Counted from the whole stretch's first letter, positions 18,581-31,923 are shown. The stretch: 63,666 bases of DNA, filler included, from Basidiobolus meristosporus CBS 931.73 (GCA_002104905.1; 5 parts of 5 records of this genome joined end to end with filler, not necessarily neighbours in it); one strand, 5' to 3'. Numbers and translations are program-made. Notes: generated by a model not told the origin, from the sequence alone.

Positions 18581-19849
18581 AGGGGGAGAGAGAGAGAGAG
18601 AGAAAGGTGATTCGATAGACTTTACTCCACTACCTAAATTACAACCACCGCACACCTCACCTCACCACACTACATCACACTTCACGCCACCGCTTTATTT
18701 CACTTCACTTCGATTTACCTTGGTTGAGCATGATCAGTATGCACCCTATTCTATTCTCCATCCAAGCATCGATAACCCTGTACAGATACCGTTATTAATT
18801 CCTTTTGCCGAGCTAACACGCCTTATACGAGATGGCAAGTGGTGGGCATGTACGCTTCGCCCTTTCTCTGGGTTGGAGCGTGCTTGGGCCAATGTAACCA
18901 ACCATCCCACCCTTCATCATTCCAAGCAAATAAACCAGACTAAAGAGCAACCATTTGTTTCACATAGATTTACTTTTTGGTAAATATGTGAATGTTCATT
19001 GATGATGGCCCTTGAATCACCTCAGGGTAGTCAATTGAGTCTTCAAACGACACCAACAGAACTGTGTCCACGGATATATTGCTGGGTACGCAATGCCTCA
19101 ATAGAACAGACACGAAACGGTCAGCAGCAATCAATATAGTAACCAACAATGTTTCAGATAAGCTTATCCTGTTACATTGTTTCTTTATTCCCCTGGGAGA
19201 ATGTCGAATTCAACGCTTGAAAATTTAAAATACTTAACCCTGCGTACATGTTATCCTCGAAGCCTCAACAATGTCAGAATCAATCCAGGTGCGTTGTATT
19301 GCTCACCCTAAACCCAAGGCAAGAATGATTGATGGTGGTTTGTATGAATCCTCACCTAACTTACAACCCTTAAAAATTAGCATATATGAATCCACAAATC
19401 TTGACTATCTTGCTGAGCAAGACAACACATGATAATCCTCAATTAAGCTATTACTTGCATAAACTTTTGTAGGATCACCAACACCATCACAGTGAGCATT
19501 TTATAACAACTCCTGCTACAGTATTAGGCTTTGGCCAGTTCTGCACAAAACAGTGGCAAAATTCACCAGAAACACCCATTGATCTGGATACACCATAGGA
19601 ATTGGATTTCATTTATTGTACTGAAAAGTGGCTTTAAGTATAGATCCAAGCATATTGCAACATTTGGATTCTCAATGCACGAGCGCCAAAGAATCAAAAG
19701 CAGGATAGGGTGGCCAAAACCGCAACCATTCTTTAATAGAATGACCAAGACATACATATCACCGAGCCAAAACCCTTCCCTCCGGGGATCAAAACTGCCC
19801 ATGAAAAATCTAGAATTCATCCACGTATTTACAGCGATTTCCCTCGGGG

Positions 19850-21613
19850 CTAAGCTTTCTCCACATACACCAGGTACTCGGAGGTGTTGGTGTAAGTTTG
19901 TGCGAATCCCTTACCGGAAGGTGTGGGTTGGGAGAAGGCGAGCTCCTCCCGTTTTAAGGGACAGCCGTATAGGAAATTCTTGCACACCGCATCCAATAGC
20001 CGTGATGCGATTCCTTGATGACGTTGCGTGGAACAGACCCACATCCTATGAACACCGCAAATCGCAGAGACGGGCATGTCGCTAGAACACATAGCCAAGT
20101 TAGCTAAAGTCGGTCAGGTGTCCGATACGTGCAAGCGCTGCGTACCTAAGATGCGTTGTGGGGGGCTCAATCGGCGTTTCGCTCACCTCAGGCACTGTGG
20201 CCACGACTTCCTTATCCGACGCCGATTCCTCCTTGTCTGTGTTTTTCGGTAAACTCTCGTCATTTTGCTTAACTGAGCTTAAGCGCAAACGGTACGCTCT
20301 ATCGATTGGCTCAGCTACCACACAGCCAATCACCTTCTTGTTACGAACATAAATATAGATCTATACAGTAACCGGTCAGTACTCCTGCCCAACTACCGAA
20401 TCCAACCGGTCCGAAGATACCTTGCATTCTTCGAGGCGGGAATCATCCAGGTCAGTCGAACCTAAATAGGTATTGATGTAGTGGACGATCTCTTTGACCT
20501 ATGTTGTAATGGTTAGGTGATTGGAGCATCTACATCCACTCCATTGATGATTACCTTTTTACGCTCTCTGACCCCCGACTGCTTCGTCACCACCAGGATA
20601 GAGTCACCTTGGTCAGCGAAGAACTCCACAACCTGGTCATGTTTGTATCCCTGACGACAGCATTGAAGATTACTATACAGCCGGCGGGCTCGTCAAAATA
20701 GGTGGCTTACCGGGTATTCGATTCCGTGCAATACAGCTTTGTGGAATGTCTCATGAGAAGCATCGTTGGTATTGTCGTCGAGGTTAAAGGAAAAGCCACA
20801 CTCCTCACATGTCGTGGGTCCCATCGCCTTTCCAGCCAACGAAAGGGCCAGGTCCTGTTTGGCTTGGTCATCAGGCACTATCACCTGATCGTCAGTGATG
20901 CTCTTCTCCCTGGGCTCCTGCCCTTTCACATCGTCATTAGACTGGGATCTCTGTGGTGACTTTTCCGTATCCGGGTTGTCCGGTGGTGCATTCTTGGTGG
21001 GGATTTCCACGCTACACACAACCAGGGCACCGAGCGAGGGGCTTAAGGGGGAGTCCGTTTGGAAGTGTCTGTCAGAGGATTTGAACCGATGGGATTTTCT
21101 GACCGACGAGAACTCCACATTTTCTCCCTGAAACTCCACTTCCGAGTCGGAGTGCTTCGGGGGTACGATTTTCCGTGGTCTTCCACGCTTACGCGGGGTG
21201 CTTTGGTCGGGTATCTTCAGTTTTTTCGGGGTGTTGTTGGTTGGATTTATGTCTGGGGAAGTCTCTGCTCGGCGTTTTCTACCACGTTTCCCGGGAGTCT
21301 TCTTGGGTGGAGGGGAGGCAGAAGCTTCATTTAGATTCGATACAGATTCCTCGGGTGGGGCTTTGTCCAGTTTTCTCCGAGGACCAGTCTTCTTTTTGCT
21401 ACTCTCAGTTCTGAACAGTCGTAAACGATCAGTCGGAGGCGTGGGGGTTGTTACGCCGGTTGTGTTGAACGGGAAGCTGGGGAACGCGGTGAAAGAAATT
21501 TGAAAATTCGGCCAGTCAGTCGATGCAATCCAAAAGAAAAATAAGGATATGTGGTGCTCATCTCTACCTATTAGTAGCTGTTCTGAAGTCCGGCTCTTGC
21601 TTGCGTTTTCCAT
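19850..21613 (-). CDS. ECO1: Cohesin acetyltransferase Eco1/ESCO (multi-exon)
   Basis: C2H2 finger CEECGFSF...HETFH, GCVVAEPI, and acetyltransferase end ICGVHRMWV...RHQGIASRLLD...AFSQPTPSG. Start codon and splice sites not fully resolved. Confidence 0.9.
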
Positions 21614-22073
21614 ATGTGATTTTTACTGAATGTCTGTAGGATATACAAAGAGGATAAGTTGAAGGACTCTGTAGAACACGAGCTAGTCGCTACCTTCTGG
21701 GTGAGTTGAGTGAAGTGTCCATTGCAGTAAAGCCCGCCAAGGTTGCAACCAGCAATATGTTTGAATTGGACTATTATATGACACGCGTGAAAGAGACCAA
21801 GAATTCATTGGATCAACGTTAACTTAACACAATTCAATCCAACCTGTGAGATCTCGCGTATCCTTAGACTTGATCTTACGCGTGATTCGGAGGTGTGGTC
21901 AATGTAGTCATGCCCCCCCAATGTGGTCATAAATCAAGATTGGCCCGTTGTTGCATAAGATAGGCAGATAAAAAAATTCCTTCGAGATGAAAAGATTTTC
22001 GCCGAATCGATGTTTGAAAGGATTCCTCCAACTCACCTAGAGTTTCAGACACCTCATACACACTTAATAGAAC

Positions 22074-22407
22074 ATGAGCTTTGGAAGTTACAACTCCTAC
22101 AATCCACAGAATGTGGCTATCGCCGAGCAAGAGATAGAGATGGTCACAGACCTATACAATAGGTAACCAGCCCCCCTTTTTTCTCGCACGAGTCCCCGAC
22201 GTTAAACCAAGGTTTATTTATCCTAGAATCCTCGACTCTTGCCACCAAAAATGCATTCCCAGTAATTACGCCGACGGGGATTTAAACAAGGGCGAATCGG
22301 TCTGCATCGACCGCTGCGTTGCCAAATTCTTTCAGGTGAACAAGAAGGTGGGCGACAAGATGGCAGCGTTGAATACCGCGGTCCAAGAAGCCGCCGCCCA
22401 ACCATGA
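22074..22407 (+). CDS. TIM10: Mitochondrial intermembrane-space chaperone Tim10 (2 exons: 22074-22162, 22227-22407)
   Basis: Manual splice gives MSFGSYN...AEQEIEMVTDLYNRILDSCHQKCIPSNYADGDLNKGESVCIDRCVAKFF (twin CX3C). GT-AG intron 22163-22226. Not in the ORF track. Confidence 0.95.
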
Positions 22408-22938
22408 ACCGTCCCCCTTGCATACGCCTTTTCACAACTTTACTTGCAATCTATCGAAATCATCCTTCACATAAACATACGTAACCCTGGTTACTCCACT
22501 TAACCTACGCTTCCTAGTCAAGTCTGTGGGATGGACATGGCCACTTTCGTCGGTTTTATACTGGTTGCCGATCTAGGATGATGTGGAGAATGCTCGGCCA
22601 AAGATAGCTTAAGGATTAGGGAGCAGGATAGCCTGGAATTTTGGAACTAATGAACTACCTAGATGGCTCAGCCTCTACTGTTGTTATGATGGAATTTATT
22701 TCGGTTATGATCATTACACAGAAGGAACTAATGTTCTAGGGGGTTATCTGGAGAAGCTTGAGTCGTGATTTCACGGCCAGTTTCGAACCGATCGACAATT
22801 AAGTAATCCGTCAGAGATGTTTGCTGAAACGAAGTTTAATGAGAAATTAACCTATCTACAAAACCATCGCCAGTCCTCAATTTACACATGTGGCGGGAGC
22901 ACAGAACGAAACATTACATTATGTTAATTAACAGGGGG

Positions 22939-23163
22939 TTAAAGAGCCACCTTCGGCGTAAGTGAGAGGTGCAGTGTGGATTCGGTGCGGATGATTTCCT
23001 CGAAACCAGGGAAATGATATGTTGTCTTCTTCCGTTTGGGGGATTGATCGTGAAGCGCTATGGAAGAGTAGTAGCTCACGGTTCTATTCAAGGATGGACG
23101 TGGAGCATTGGTTTGCGGTGGCGTAAGTTGGTTACTGCTTGCTACGTTCATCCCGGCTGACAA
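22939..23163 (-). CDS. Small hypothetical protein (74 aa)
   Basis: ATG-initiated ORF with protein-like composition (RTVS, HLSLTPK) in CpG-normal DNA. No family recognised. Confidence 0.3.
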   Translation of the reverse strand: MSAGMNVASSNQLTPPQTNAPRPSLNRTVSYYSSIALHDQSPKRKKTTYHFPGFEEIIRTESTLHLSLTPKVAL

Positions 23164-23941
23164 TTAGTGAAGTTGAGCTCAGCTCCTGACGAAAATTTCC
23201 TGTCCCCAGGTGAAATATATAGCACGGAATGGTTGCACGAACGGCATCATGATCAGGAACTTCCTCTTGCCATTCAAGGAATCTAGAGACAGTATTGCCA
23301 ATTCCTTGTCAACTGACGTCTATCTTACACGTGGAGCAGAGATGGGATCTCTGTTCATTGGCACAGACTTTGTGCTTGGCTGACTAAAGTAGAGAGCCTC
23401 TCTTTCCATCGACGTAATGTGTAACTTGCGCTTTCTCTCTAACCAAAAACCTCTCTGTTTCTCAATTTCAAACTCAGTGAGGTAATGGGTGATTCATTCC
23501 GCTACCAAATAAGTCAAGTGATACTTCCGAAGCGCCTCTAAAACTGGGGAGCCCTATCCCAAGTCACCTGCATCATGAATCCTACGAATAGGGGCTCACC
23601 TTGTGTATCGGCCTTCTACAAACCCTGCATCATTCTTGGGATTTGTGTGCCAAATGTGCGATATATGGAACCTCCACTCCGTTCAGGAATACTGCTATTT
23701 GTCCTATTTACACGCCATTAATCCCTAACATGGGTTAGTATTTGTTGCGCAGAAGGGTGGATTCATTCTAGAATATGCTTGCGAGTGCCCTATTCAGGGA
23801 TGATGTACATTGAATATCGCTGTCATGGACTGCTAGTTGTTATGAGGGAGTTCGATTGGATTAGAAAGACTGCTGGCTGCATCATAGAGGGTTGCTTGTT
23901 TGCTTTCTACGTGTGGTCTTCTTTAGGTCAAAAAATCTCCA

Positions 23942-25890
23942 ATGTCCTATCTCAAACATGTTCCCATTTTTATACTCTTCATACTCGCGTTCTTTACCTT
24001 GGCGAGGGTTAGAACTTCCCCTATTAGCTTTATCAGGGAGTCAAGGCCTTCTCATTTAGTTGGGGAACTTCCTTGGGAGAAAGGAGAGGAGCCTTTAACG
24101 AATACCTACGCTGGCACTTTTCCTATTAGAAGCTGGAAAGTAAACGATACAAATATAGATGCTGGAATGCAAGTATATCACTACATACAGTCACCCTCCT
24201 GAATGGTTTAGTGACCTCAGCCTTCGCTAGGTTTTATTGGTATTTTCCTGCTCAGAAACCGATAGTGGCCGACCCGCCGTTGATCATGTAATATAGTGTT
24301 CACTTCTGTATTCCAGACTAACTTGGACTTACTCCTTTTTCAAGCTGGCTTCAAGGTGGGCCTGGCTCAAGCTCAATGATCGGACTGTTCTATGAGGTAG
24401 TTTCGTAAGCATTTGTCTGGGAGAAAGGGATCCTAAACACTTCTTTAGATGGGACCTATCGGAGTTACGGAGCAACACAAACTGTTTAGACGCCAGGTTA
24501 CATGGAATACCCATTATTCCATGGTATTTGTGGATCAACCTGTTGGCACTGGATATAGCTACCTCACTCCAGGGTACAATCAAACGCATTCCTACGAGGG
24601 GTACACCAAGAGCGTCGAAGAGGCAGCGCAAGATTTCATGGTATTTCTAAAAAGATTCTACGAGCAATACCCAGAACAAAGGGAAAGGAAACTGTATATT
24701 GCTGGTAAGAGATGCCCCTTAGAGCCGTCAACCAGTCTCAATGAGAAGTGACCTTTTTGATCAGGGGAGTCGTACGCCGGAAAATATGTTCCAGCGTTTG
24801 CAGCGTCGATCCACGAATACAACGTGAAAGGTACTTTCGGATGCTTCGCTCTCGCAATGGTCATTGTTAATTCCTCTTCCCCATAGTCAACGATTTATCG
24901 GAAGAAATCCCTCTAGCGGGGATCGCTATCGGTAAGAGATCATAAAATGGATAGTGGACAAGTGACCTGTATCTAAGAGGTTTCTCTAGGGAACGGACTA
25001 ACACACCCGGTCGACCAGATTAAACACCACGCAGATCTTGCTTTACAGTTTGGTAGGCTACGAATGAGCAAAAGTAAGAACGTAATTGATGAGTAATATG
25101 GTCGGTCATCTAGGCATTGTATCTTTGGAGCAGTCATTGGAGATTGCCAAATTGGCCCAACAGGCAATAGACTACGCACAAACAGGCGATTGGAACGCCG
25201 CTTCAGATGCCAGGATTAAGCTCTTCGATTTCACCAAAGCTTCGGCAGGAGAGTTGAACTTCTACGATTTACGCACCGATGTTCAAAACGACTGGAGCTG
25301 GATGGAGCAACTTCTAAACCAGGACTCGATGAAACAGGCCTTGAATGTATATCCAAGGACCTTTGATATGAGAAACCAAGACGTTCGCACAGCGATGAAG
25401 GTAAGTCCCAAGACAACTACCCAGCCGGAAGAAGCTTCAGCTGACATTCGCCACGCAGCCTGATATCATGAAGTCAGTGATCCACCTCCTGCCGACACTA
25501 CTGGAAAACTACAAGGTTCTGCTGTACCAAGGTTAGTGATGGCTCGCAACTTCCCCTGGTCCGTTGACTTATAATGTGCAGGCCAATTCGATTACCGCGA
25601 TGGGATTCCTGGGAATACGGAATGGATTAGGTCGCTAAACTGGACCGGCCAGAGTGGGTTTCTTCAGGCGGAAAGAAAGGTATCATACAGATTAGCGCTA
25701 ATGTGGGATCCCGAGTGCTTATACTCTTGAGTCATAGATCTGGAAGGTGGATGGTCACATTGCCGGATACATGACAAATCACAACAGCTTCACTCGGGTG
25801 GAAGTATCCAGAGCGGGTCACATGGTGCCTATGAACGCGCCCATGCCTGCCCTGGATATGATAACCAAGTTTATCGAGGATCAGATCTGA
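23942..25890 (+). CDS. Secreted serine carboxypeptidase, S10 family (multi-exon)
   Basis: Signal peptide plus WLQGGPGSSSM, VDQPVGTGYSY, GESYAGKYVP, GQFDYRDG and AGHMVP across exons. Confidence 0.92.
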
Positions 25891-26197
25891 GATCGGGCCT
25901 GAAGATTCTATTTGTATCAATAACTCTTAACCCTCAGCCCTCAGCCTATATCCCATATCAATTCAACAGATCAACTTTTAGTTCATTTATTGTTTGCCAA
26001 TAGCCACTCCCCACTGACAAAATAATCTATACATGTCGAATAATCTATAACTTTCTCGACTCCGTGTTGTCTCATTATGGGGTAAGTGCCGAATATGTCG
26101 GGCACACAATCGATGGGGGGTATAATAGAGGAATCTATGGTGCAGTATGGTGTGGTATAGCGTAGTATATTGTATACATGGGTAGATTAAATTAATT

Positions 26198-27571
26198 CTA
26201 TGGTTCGGCTACGGTGTCCCATCGGAGGTTGTTGTTCCGGCGTGTTTGAAGGTAGCGTGGGTATGTGTTGCGGAACATAAGATCCTTGACCTCCCTTTGC
26301 GCATCGTCATACATGTTCTCCTCGAACCTACCTTCGGCGAACATGCGCTTCAATTTGCGAAGGGTGGTTCCGTTGAGATTCACCATGAACCGCGAGTCGT
26401 TGGCGATGAATGTGGAGTACATCTCTTGAAGCTCCTCCACAAAGCTTGACGAGTTGCTCGCCAACTCATGGATGCGGCAACAGTGTTCGTAGAACAATAC
26501 GTTCTCTACCGTAAAGTCCTTCACGGCAAAAAGCTTGAACTGTTCGAACAAGGAGGGGGTCCGCAGTAGGATTTCAAAGGACTCCATGCTGGATGTTAGG
26601 ATCAGCTGTGGCGAGCGGCATCCTAGTGCTTGAAAGACCGAGGTAAATCCAAAGGTTTCCAGGGTGGGGTTGAGCACCATATAATAATAGAACACTGCAA
26701 TCGGGAACAGCGCAATTGCCAACGAGAAAATCTCTGGATCAACCGCCTGCATGGCTGGAACCGAGAAGAAGATGATCAGGAATATGTCGATCGTGGTACT
26801 GATCGAGCACATAATAATCAGCTCTCGTCGAATCCCGTAGGCGTCACTAACGGTTCGAAGCATCAGGATCAGTAGGATGATCAAGACGGTGTAGAAGGCG
26901 ACAAAAAACCGATGAGGAATCCATTCCCATCCAACCATGCAATCTTTATTGGCCATGGGGATGACGGAAAACCTGGGGCTCACGACTTGGACCACCATCA
27001 GAATGATGATGTGAACCAAAATGATGATGCCAATCAACGTTCCCATCACGTTGGAGCCGAGGATTCGGCGATGCTTGTAATACCAATTCTCCTCGAGGGG
27101 GAACGTGGTGGAAGGGAATGATGTGTCGGAAGCGTAGGTGAGATTCTGCAGCTCCAAACCGGAATCCTCGCTCGAGCGCTTCTTGATGTTTCCTCCAATC
27201 ACTTCGGACCGCTTGAAAATCCTCGGCTTGACTCGGGTGTTGAGTGCAGCGGCAAGCTTGGCTTCACTCAGCCGGTAGAGGAAGAGAAAGCGCAAGGAGC
27301 GACCCAGAATACAGAGGTAAATGATTGGGTAGCCTAGTTGCGTAAACCATAGCACTAAGAAACAAGGGAAGTCATACGCATGGGATAGCCGAACTATAAA
27401 CATGGCGCCAAGAATACATAAGGTGCAGAGTGCAACTAAGGTTAAGCCGGGTGAACGATATTTTATGCTGTCGTGGTTCTTTCTGCTCCAGAATACCTTG
27501 GCTGCAAAGAGGATTTGCAGCACCCATAGTGGTCCCAGCACACATGCTAAAATTGCGCCTGCATCAATCAT
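26198..27571 (-). CDS. 7TM protein with C-terminal RGS domain (GprK/AtRGS1-like architecture)
   Basis: Seven hydrophobic helices, then the RGS core FKLFAVKDFTVENVLFY...YSTFI...VNL...AQREVKDLMFRNTYPRYL. Intronless. Confidence 0.88.
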   Translation of the reverse strand: MIDAGAILACVLGPLWVLQILFAAKVFWSRKNHDSIKYRSPGLTLVALCTLCILGAMFIVRLSHAYDFPCFLVLWFTQLGYPIIYLCILGRSLRFLFLYRLSEAKLAAALNTRVKPRIFKRSEVIGGNIKKRSSEDSGLELQNLTYASDTSFPSTTFPLEENWYYKHRRILGSNVMGTLIGIIILVHIIILMVVQVVSPRFSVIPMANKDCMVGWEWIPHRFFVAFYTVLIILLILMLRTVSDAYGIRRELIIMCSISTTIDIFLIIFFSVPAMQAVDPEIFSLAIALFPIAVFYYYMVLNPTLETFGFTSVFQALGCRSPQLILTSSMESFEILLRTPSLFEQFKLFAVKDFTVENVLFYEHCCRIHELASNSSSFVEELQEMYSTFIANDSRFMVNLNGTTLRKLKRMFAEGRFEENMYDDAQREVKDLMFRNTYPRYLQTRRNNNLRWDTVAEP

Positions 27572-28876
27572 CTAACTATCGCTCGCTTTAATTGATAATG
27601 CAAGGGGAAAAGCAGTACACACCAGGCGGCTGATAAGAGGTTTTAGGAGGGGAAGAAATGCTCAGAGCTGGCGTATCTGCGGTCCATTTATACAGGCTCC
27701 ACCTGCCAAATCAGTTGGCCCAAAGTAGAAGTGCCATGGAGGATAGGGGCAACTTCATTGGCTGATCGCAACCACTGAACAAAATGCCATGTGTCACCTG
27801 TGCTTCAGCAAGGTCTTGTACCACCTTCCTAGCCTGAGTACACAGACTAAATATAGAAGGGTCATTATTTCTTTCGAAGCCAATGATGGCAAATGAAGTG
27901 TAGAAATCTCCAATCGCCTGCACAACCACCGAAAATAAGCCCTCTCTTTCCCTCTTTCAGAGAGGAACTTTGGTCCCTGGCAACGCTTTGGGAACTTGGT
28001 AACGCGAGAAATAAATGAATCCCACAGGAGTTGAGCTTTCGTTAGTTTTCATTATTTGATGGTGTATTACGCCCCGTAATAGGCAGTGATACAGAAATTT
28101 TAAGGTTCCCTTCATTGGGTGGTTGACATATTTTGGTGGGAACAATTTGTGCACACCTCTAACGGTGGAGAAATTCAAGCTTCGAGCTACATTGAGCTGG
28201 GTTAATCAAGAAGTGTTGGACCAGTTCCCCCTGACCTGAATATCCACTGCTTTTCCCGGTTCATGAGGCCCGAGTTGCCACTTGCCTCAGCATCTCTTCA
28301 AGAAAGCTCACTCAATCCCCTCTCACAAGATCCTATTTGTAATCATCGCAATAGATGAGGGCAGTAAACATAGAGGCCTGTTATCATGCTTGCAGCTTTG
28401 TTATGAAAATAGGTAACCAGGATACATTGAGTGAATGGATGTGGGTGTGACAATGCTGAAGTGGATGTGAACATAAAAAGCAATATTGTCCGGAAGTATT
28501 TATCTTCAAATCAGCAGAGGAACGAAACGTCAGATGTTCATTCAGCGATAGCGCTGATAAGCAAATTGTCCATGTTGGCCTTCATTGCTGTTGTGCTGAG
28601 CAGGCTGAATTTGGTAATTATGCGTGTGTACTTCACCAACACAGTGAGTCTTCTTGCATTTTGCCAAGGTAAAACTTGGTTAGCCTGATGGCAGAGTCGC
28701 CCCCTAATTTCGGGTCAAGTTTGGTTAGTTCGATGGTTAGGTTTAAACCAGATTCATGAAAATTCTTCGTCAAGTCAGGTGATTAACTGTCCAATGTGAT
28801 GCGGTTTTCGCATGCATAACTGATTTCGATTAACAGTATTCCCGAGTGTAGTTAGACCTAAGCGAAAGCTACAAGT

Positions 28877-29446
28877 ATGGTGTACTTTCAAATCTGGGAT
28901 GAATATCAGCATGCGGCTGAGGAAATGTATCAAAACTCTCCATCAGAGGTAAACTCCCTTTGAAACTTTGCCTGGATCTGTTGCTGATACCCCTCTCCTC
29001 CAGACAAGATACGTTTCGAGCTATCGTCACTGTGATGGAAAACTAGTACTCAAAGTCACCGATAACCGTACTGTATGTTTAGCAACTCTTGTTTAATCAT
29101 CCAGAGATCTTATTAACCACGAAACTTCATTCGTTTACAAGTGCATCAAATATGCTACCGATCAACTGAATGATCTAAAAAAGTTCGATCGTTTGAATCA
29201 TTCCCTCATGGCCAAGATGTTGAATGTTAAGGAGGTTTCATCCGAGATGAAAGTCGAACGTATGTATATTATTCCCCTTCCAGCAGATCTACTTCGTGGC
29301 AGTCTGTTCATAGCCGTTGAAAACACCGTCTCCCTTTTTATCATAATCTACTCTATAGTACCAAAATTAACGAAAACAATTTCCCAGAAAACCCAGCCAA
29401 AAATCAGAAGCACCCGCCAAGACGCCCGAGAGCACCGGCGGCTCCA
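28877..29446 (+). CDS. SRP9: Signal recognition particle subunit SRP9/SRP21 (multi-exon, cut by contig end)
   Basis: Manual splice: MVYFQIWDEYQHAAEEMYQNSPSE/TRYVSSYRHCDGKLVLKVTDNRT/CIKYATDQLNDLKKFDRLNHSLMAKM. Confidence 0.9.
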
Positions 29447-29546
29447 NNNNNNNNNNNNNNNNNNNNNNNNNNNNNNNNNNNNNNNNNNNNTTAATTAATT
29501 AANNNNNNNNNNNNNNNNNNNNNNNNNNNNNNNNNNNNNNNNNNNN
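29447..29546. other. Artificial contig linker
   Basis: N44-TTAATTAATTAA-N44. Confidence 0.98.
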
Positions 29547-31923
29547 TCTCATTGCAGTAGCGCAAAAATATGCATTTTACACTTTTTGGCTCATATTTTG
29601 ACTAATTTCCGGGCAGTTTCTTTGCATATGCTGTACACCCAAATATTCTTAGATGTTCTGCACTGGGTCTGTATACATACCATGCCTCAAATGGAGTAGA
29701 ATCACAAAGTATTCTGTTATAACTCCTATTTTTAAGATATACAGCAGTGGCAACTGATTCCACCCAAAAATCATAGGTTAATTTTTGATCATGGATCACA
29801 GATCTTGCCGTATCAATTATTGATCTGTTAGCTTGTTCTGCTACTCCATTTTGCTGTGGGGAGTATGGTACAGTAGTCTCTTGCTTTATCCCATGAATTT
29901 TGCACAAGTGGATGAAGTGTTTTGAGGTATATTCTCCACCATTGTCAGAGCATATTTTCTTGATTTTTTCACCAGTTTCTCTCTCCACCATGGCTTTAAA
30001 CTCCCTGAACTTAGACAGAGCTTCTTCCTTTCTCTCCACAAAGTAGACCCATGTGTATCTTGTATAATCATCAATAAAAGTGATTAAACACTTCATCCCG
30101 CCTAAGGATAAATTTTTCATAGGTCCACACTGATCTGAGTGAATTAAATCTAATTTTTTCTTAGTCTTGATTAACCCAGAGCTCTTGAATGGTTGTCTGG
30201 CTTGATTCCCATATATGCAGGCTTCACAGTGCTTCAAATTAGCTGGGGGATCAATTTTCACTCCAAAAATTAGCTGATCTTTGATCATTTTGCGCAAATA
30301 ATCAAAATTGATGTGCCCAAATCTCCTGTGCCAAAGCATTGGTGTTTCTTCATTTAAGTTACTTATATTGGCTTCCATATATGATGGAATATAAGTCAAC
30401 TTGTATAGGTTTTGATATCTGATACCCAATGCAATATGGGCACCATTTTGTCAGTGATCTTGCATCCTGAATTGTCAAAGCTGAAACTGAGTCCTTCTGC
30501 AGAGGCCTTGCTTACAGATAGTAGGTTCTTGGCTATTTCTGGTACATAGAGTTCTTCCTTGAAGGTCAGTGTATGGCTTCCTTTGCTGCTTGTTAGGTTT
30601 ACTTGGAGAGTTCCTTCTCCCACTGCATCAAGTGTTCTATTGTCACCCATGATAACCTTCTTAATTGGAATTTCTTGATATTGGGTAAAATGTTCTTATT
30701 GGTGTGTAAAGTGTTGAGATGCTCCAGAGTCAATATGCCACGTCTGAGAATCCTTGTTTGTGGTCATATTTAGTGCAGATATGAGTAGTCTATCTTCAAT
30801 TGTTGCATTATTTCCATATTCAGGCTTCTTGTGCTGATTATCTTTCTTTTTGAGACACTGGTCTGATATGTGTCCTTTCCTTTTGCAGTAGTTACAAAAC
30901 AGGTTGCTGTTGCCTTTGTAGGGTCTTGGGTAAATTCTTTGTTGGTTATCACTGCTTATTAAGGCATTTTCTTCTTCCTTCTTATTGGCACTCAATTTTT
31001 GTAATTCTTTGTCCAGGAGCCTTCCATATACATAATTTAAGGTCAAATCTTCAGTTCTGGACTCTAGGGCTGTTACAAGGCCCTGAAACATGTCTGTCAG
31101 ACTATTCAGGATGGTAACTATCACATCCTCATCAGTAGTTTGTATGCCCACAGGTTCCATCTCATCTACCAGCAGGGTAATTCTGTTATTTAGATTTTTC
31201 ATTTCTTCTCCTGGCAGCATCTTTGTAATAAAGAATTTTTGTCTCAGATACATTTTCTTAGCAGCTGAACATGACTGGTAGGTGTTTTCTAATGCCTTCC
31301 AGGCATTCTTTGCCGTTTTTGCTCTTGAGCATTGAATTAGCAGTTTGTCTTTGACATTAAGGCCAATGAAGTTAAAGGCACTTTGTTCTTTCTTCTGGTA
31401 CTTTAAGGCTTCCTCTCCCACATTTTTAGGAAGGAATTCTTCTCCCATGACAAAATCCCAAAGGCCTCTTTCTTGTAGCAGCATCTTTATCTTCACCATC
31501 CACACCTGGTAGTTAGATCCATCCAACTTCTCAGCAGAGGGAAAAATTCCAGTAATAGCAGTAGCAGACACTGCGGAGAGTGACAGCTTGGGTCTCATAA
31601 CCTGTTGTAAGAGTCTTGGAGATATTGGAAGTGATTGGGAGAACAAGTAGATTATGTGGTTTTCACTTAATGATTTATTGAATATCAAAGTAGTATTTAT
31701 ACTTTTACATGGTCTTGGCATAACAAACACGTAGAATAGGTTAAGGAAGGTCCCAAGAACATGTGTGCAAAGAGTGGGGCTGTTTGGACAACTTTGAGAA
31801 TTTTCATGTTCTGGGTACCGGGTATTGTGGTGAAAATACTCTAAGTAAATCCTAACAAGGAATTTGGTCAGTATACTCTAGGATTTGAGGGTAATGATCT
31901 AAGTGACTAAGTTTATTACAACA
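29547..31923 (-). mobile_element. Ty1/copia element, 5' LTR (31603-31923) + gag-PR-IN, disrupted
   Basis: Gag CCHC knuckle, WHIDSGAS protease, WHRRFGH/GAG-pre-integrase, integrase core. LTR has an internal deletion. PBS GGTTATGAGACC. Confidence 0.92.

Larger units (their letters stand above)
13766..19017. repeat. Large inverted repeat: arms ~13766-15743 and ~17045-19017 around a 1.3-kb unique spacer
   Basis: The arms are reverse complements covering the whole transporter CDS plus ~440 bp of 3' flank. Homology stops abruptly at the ATG. Confidence 0.93.
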
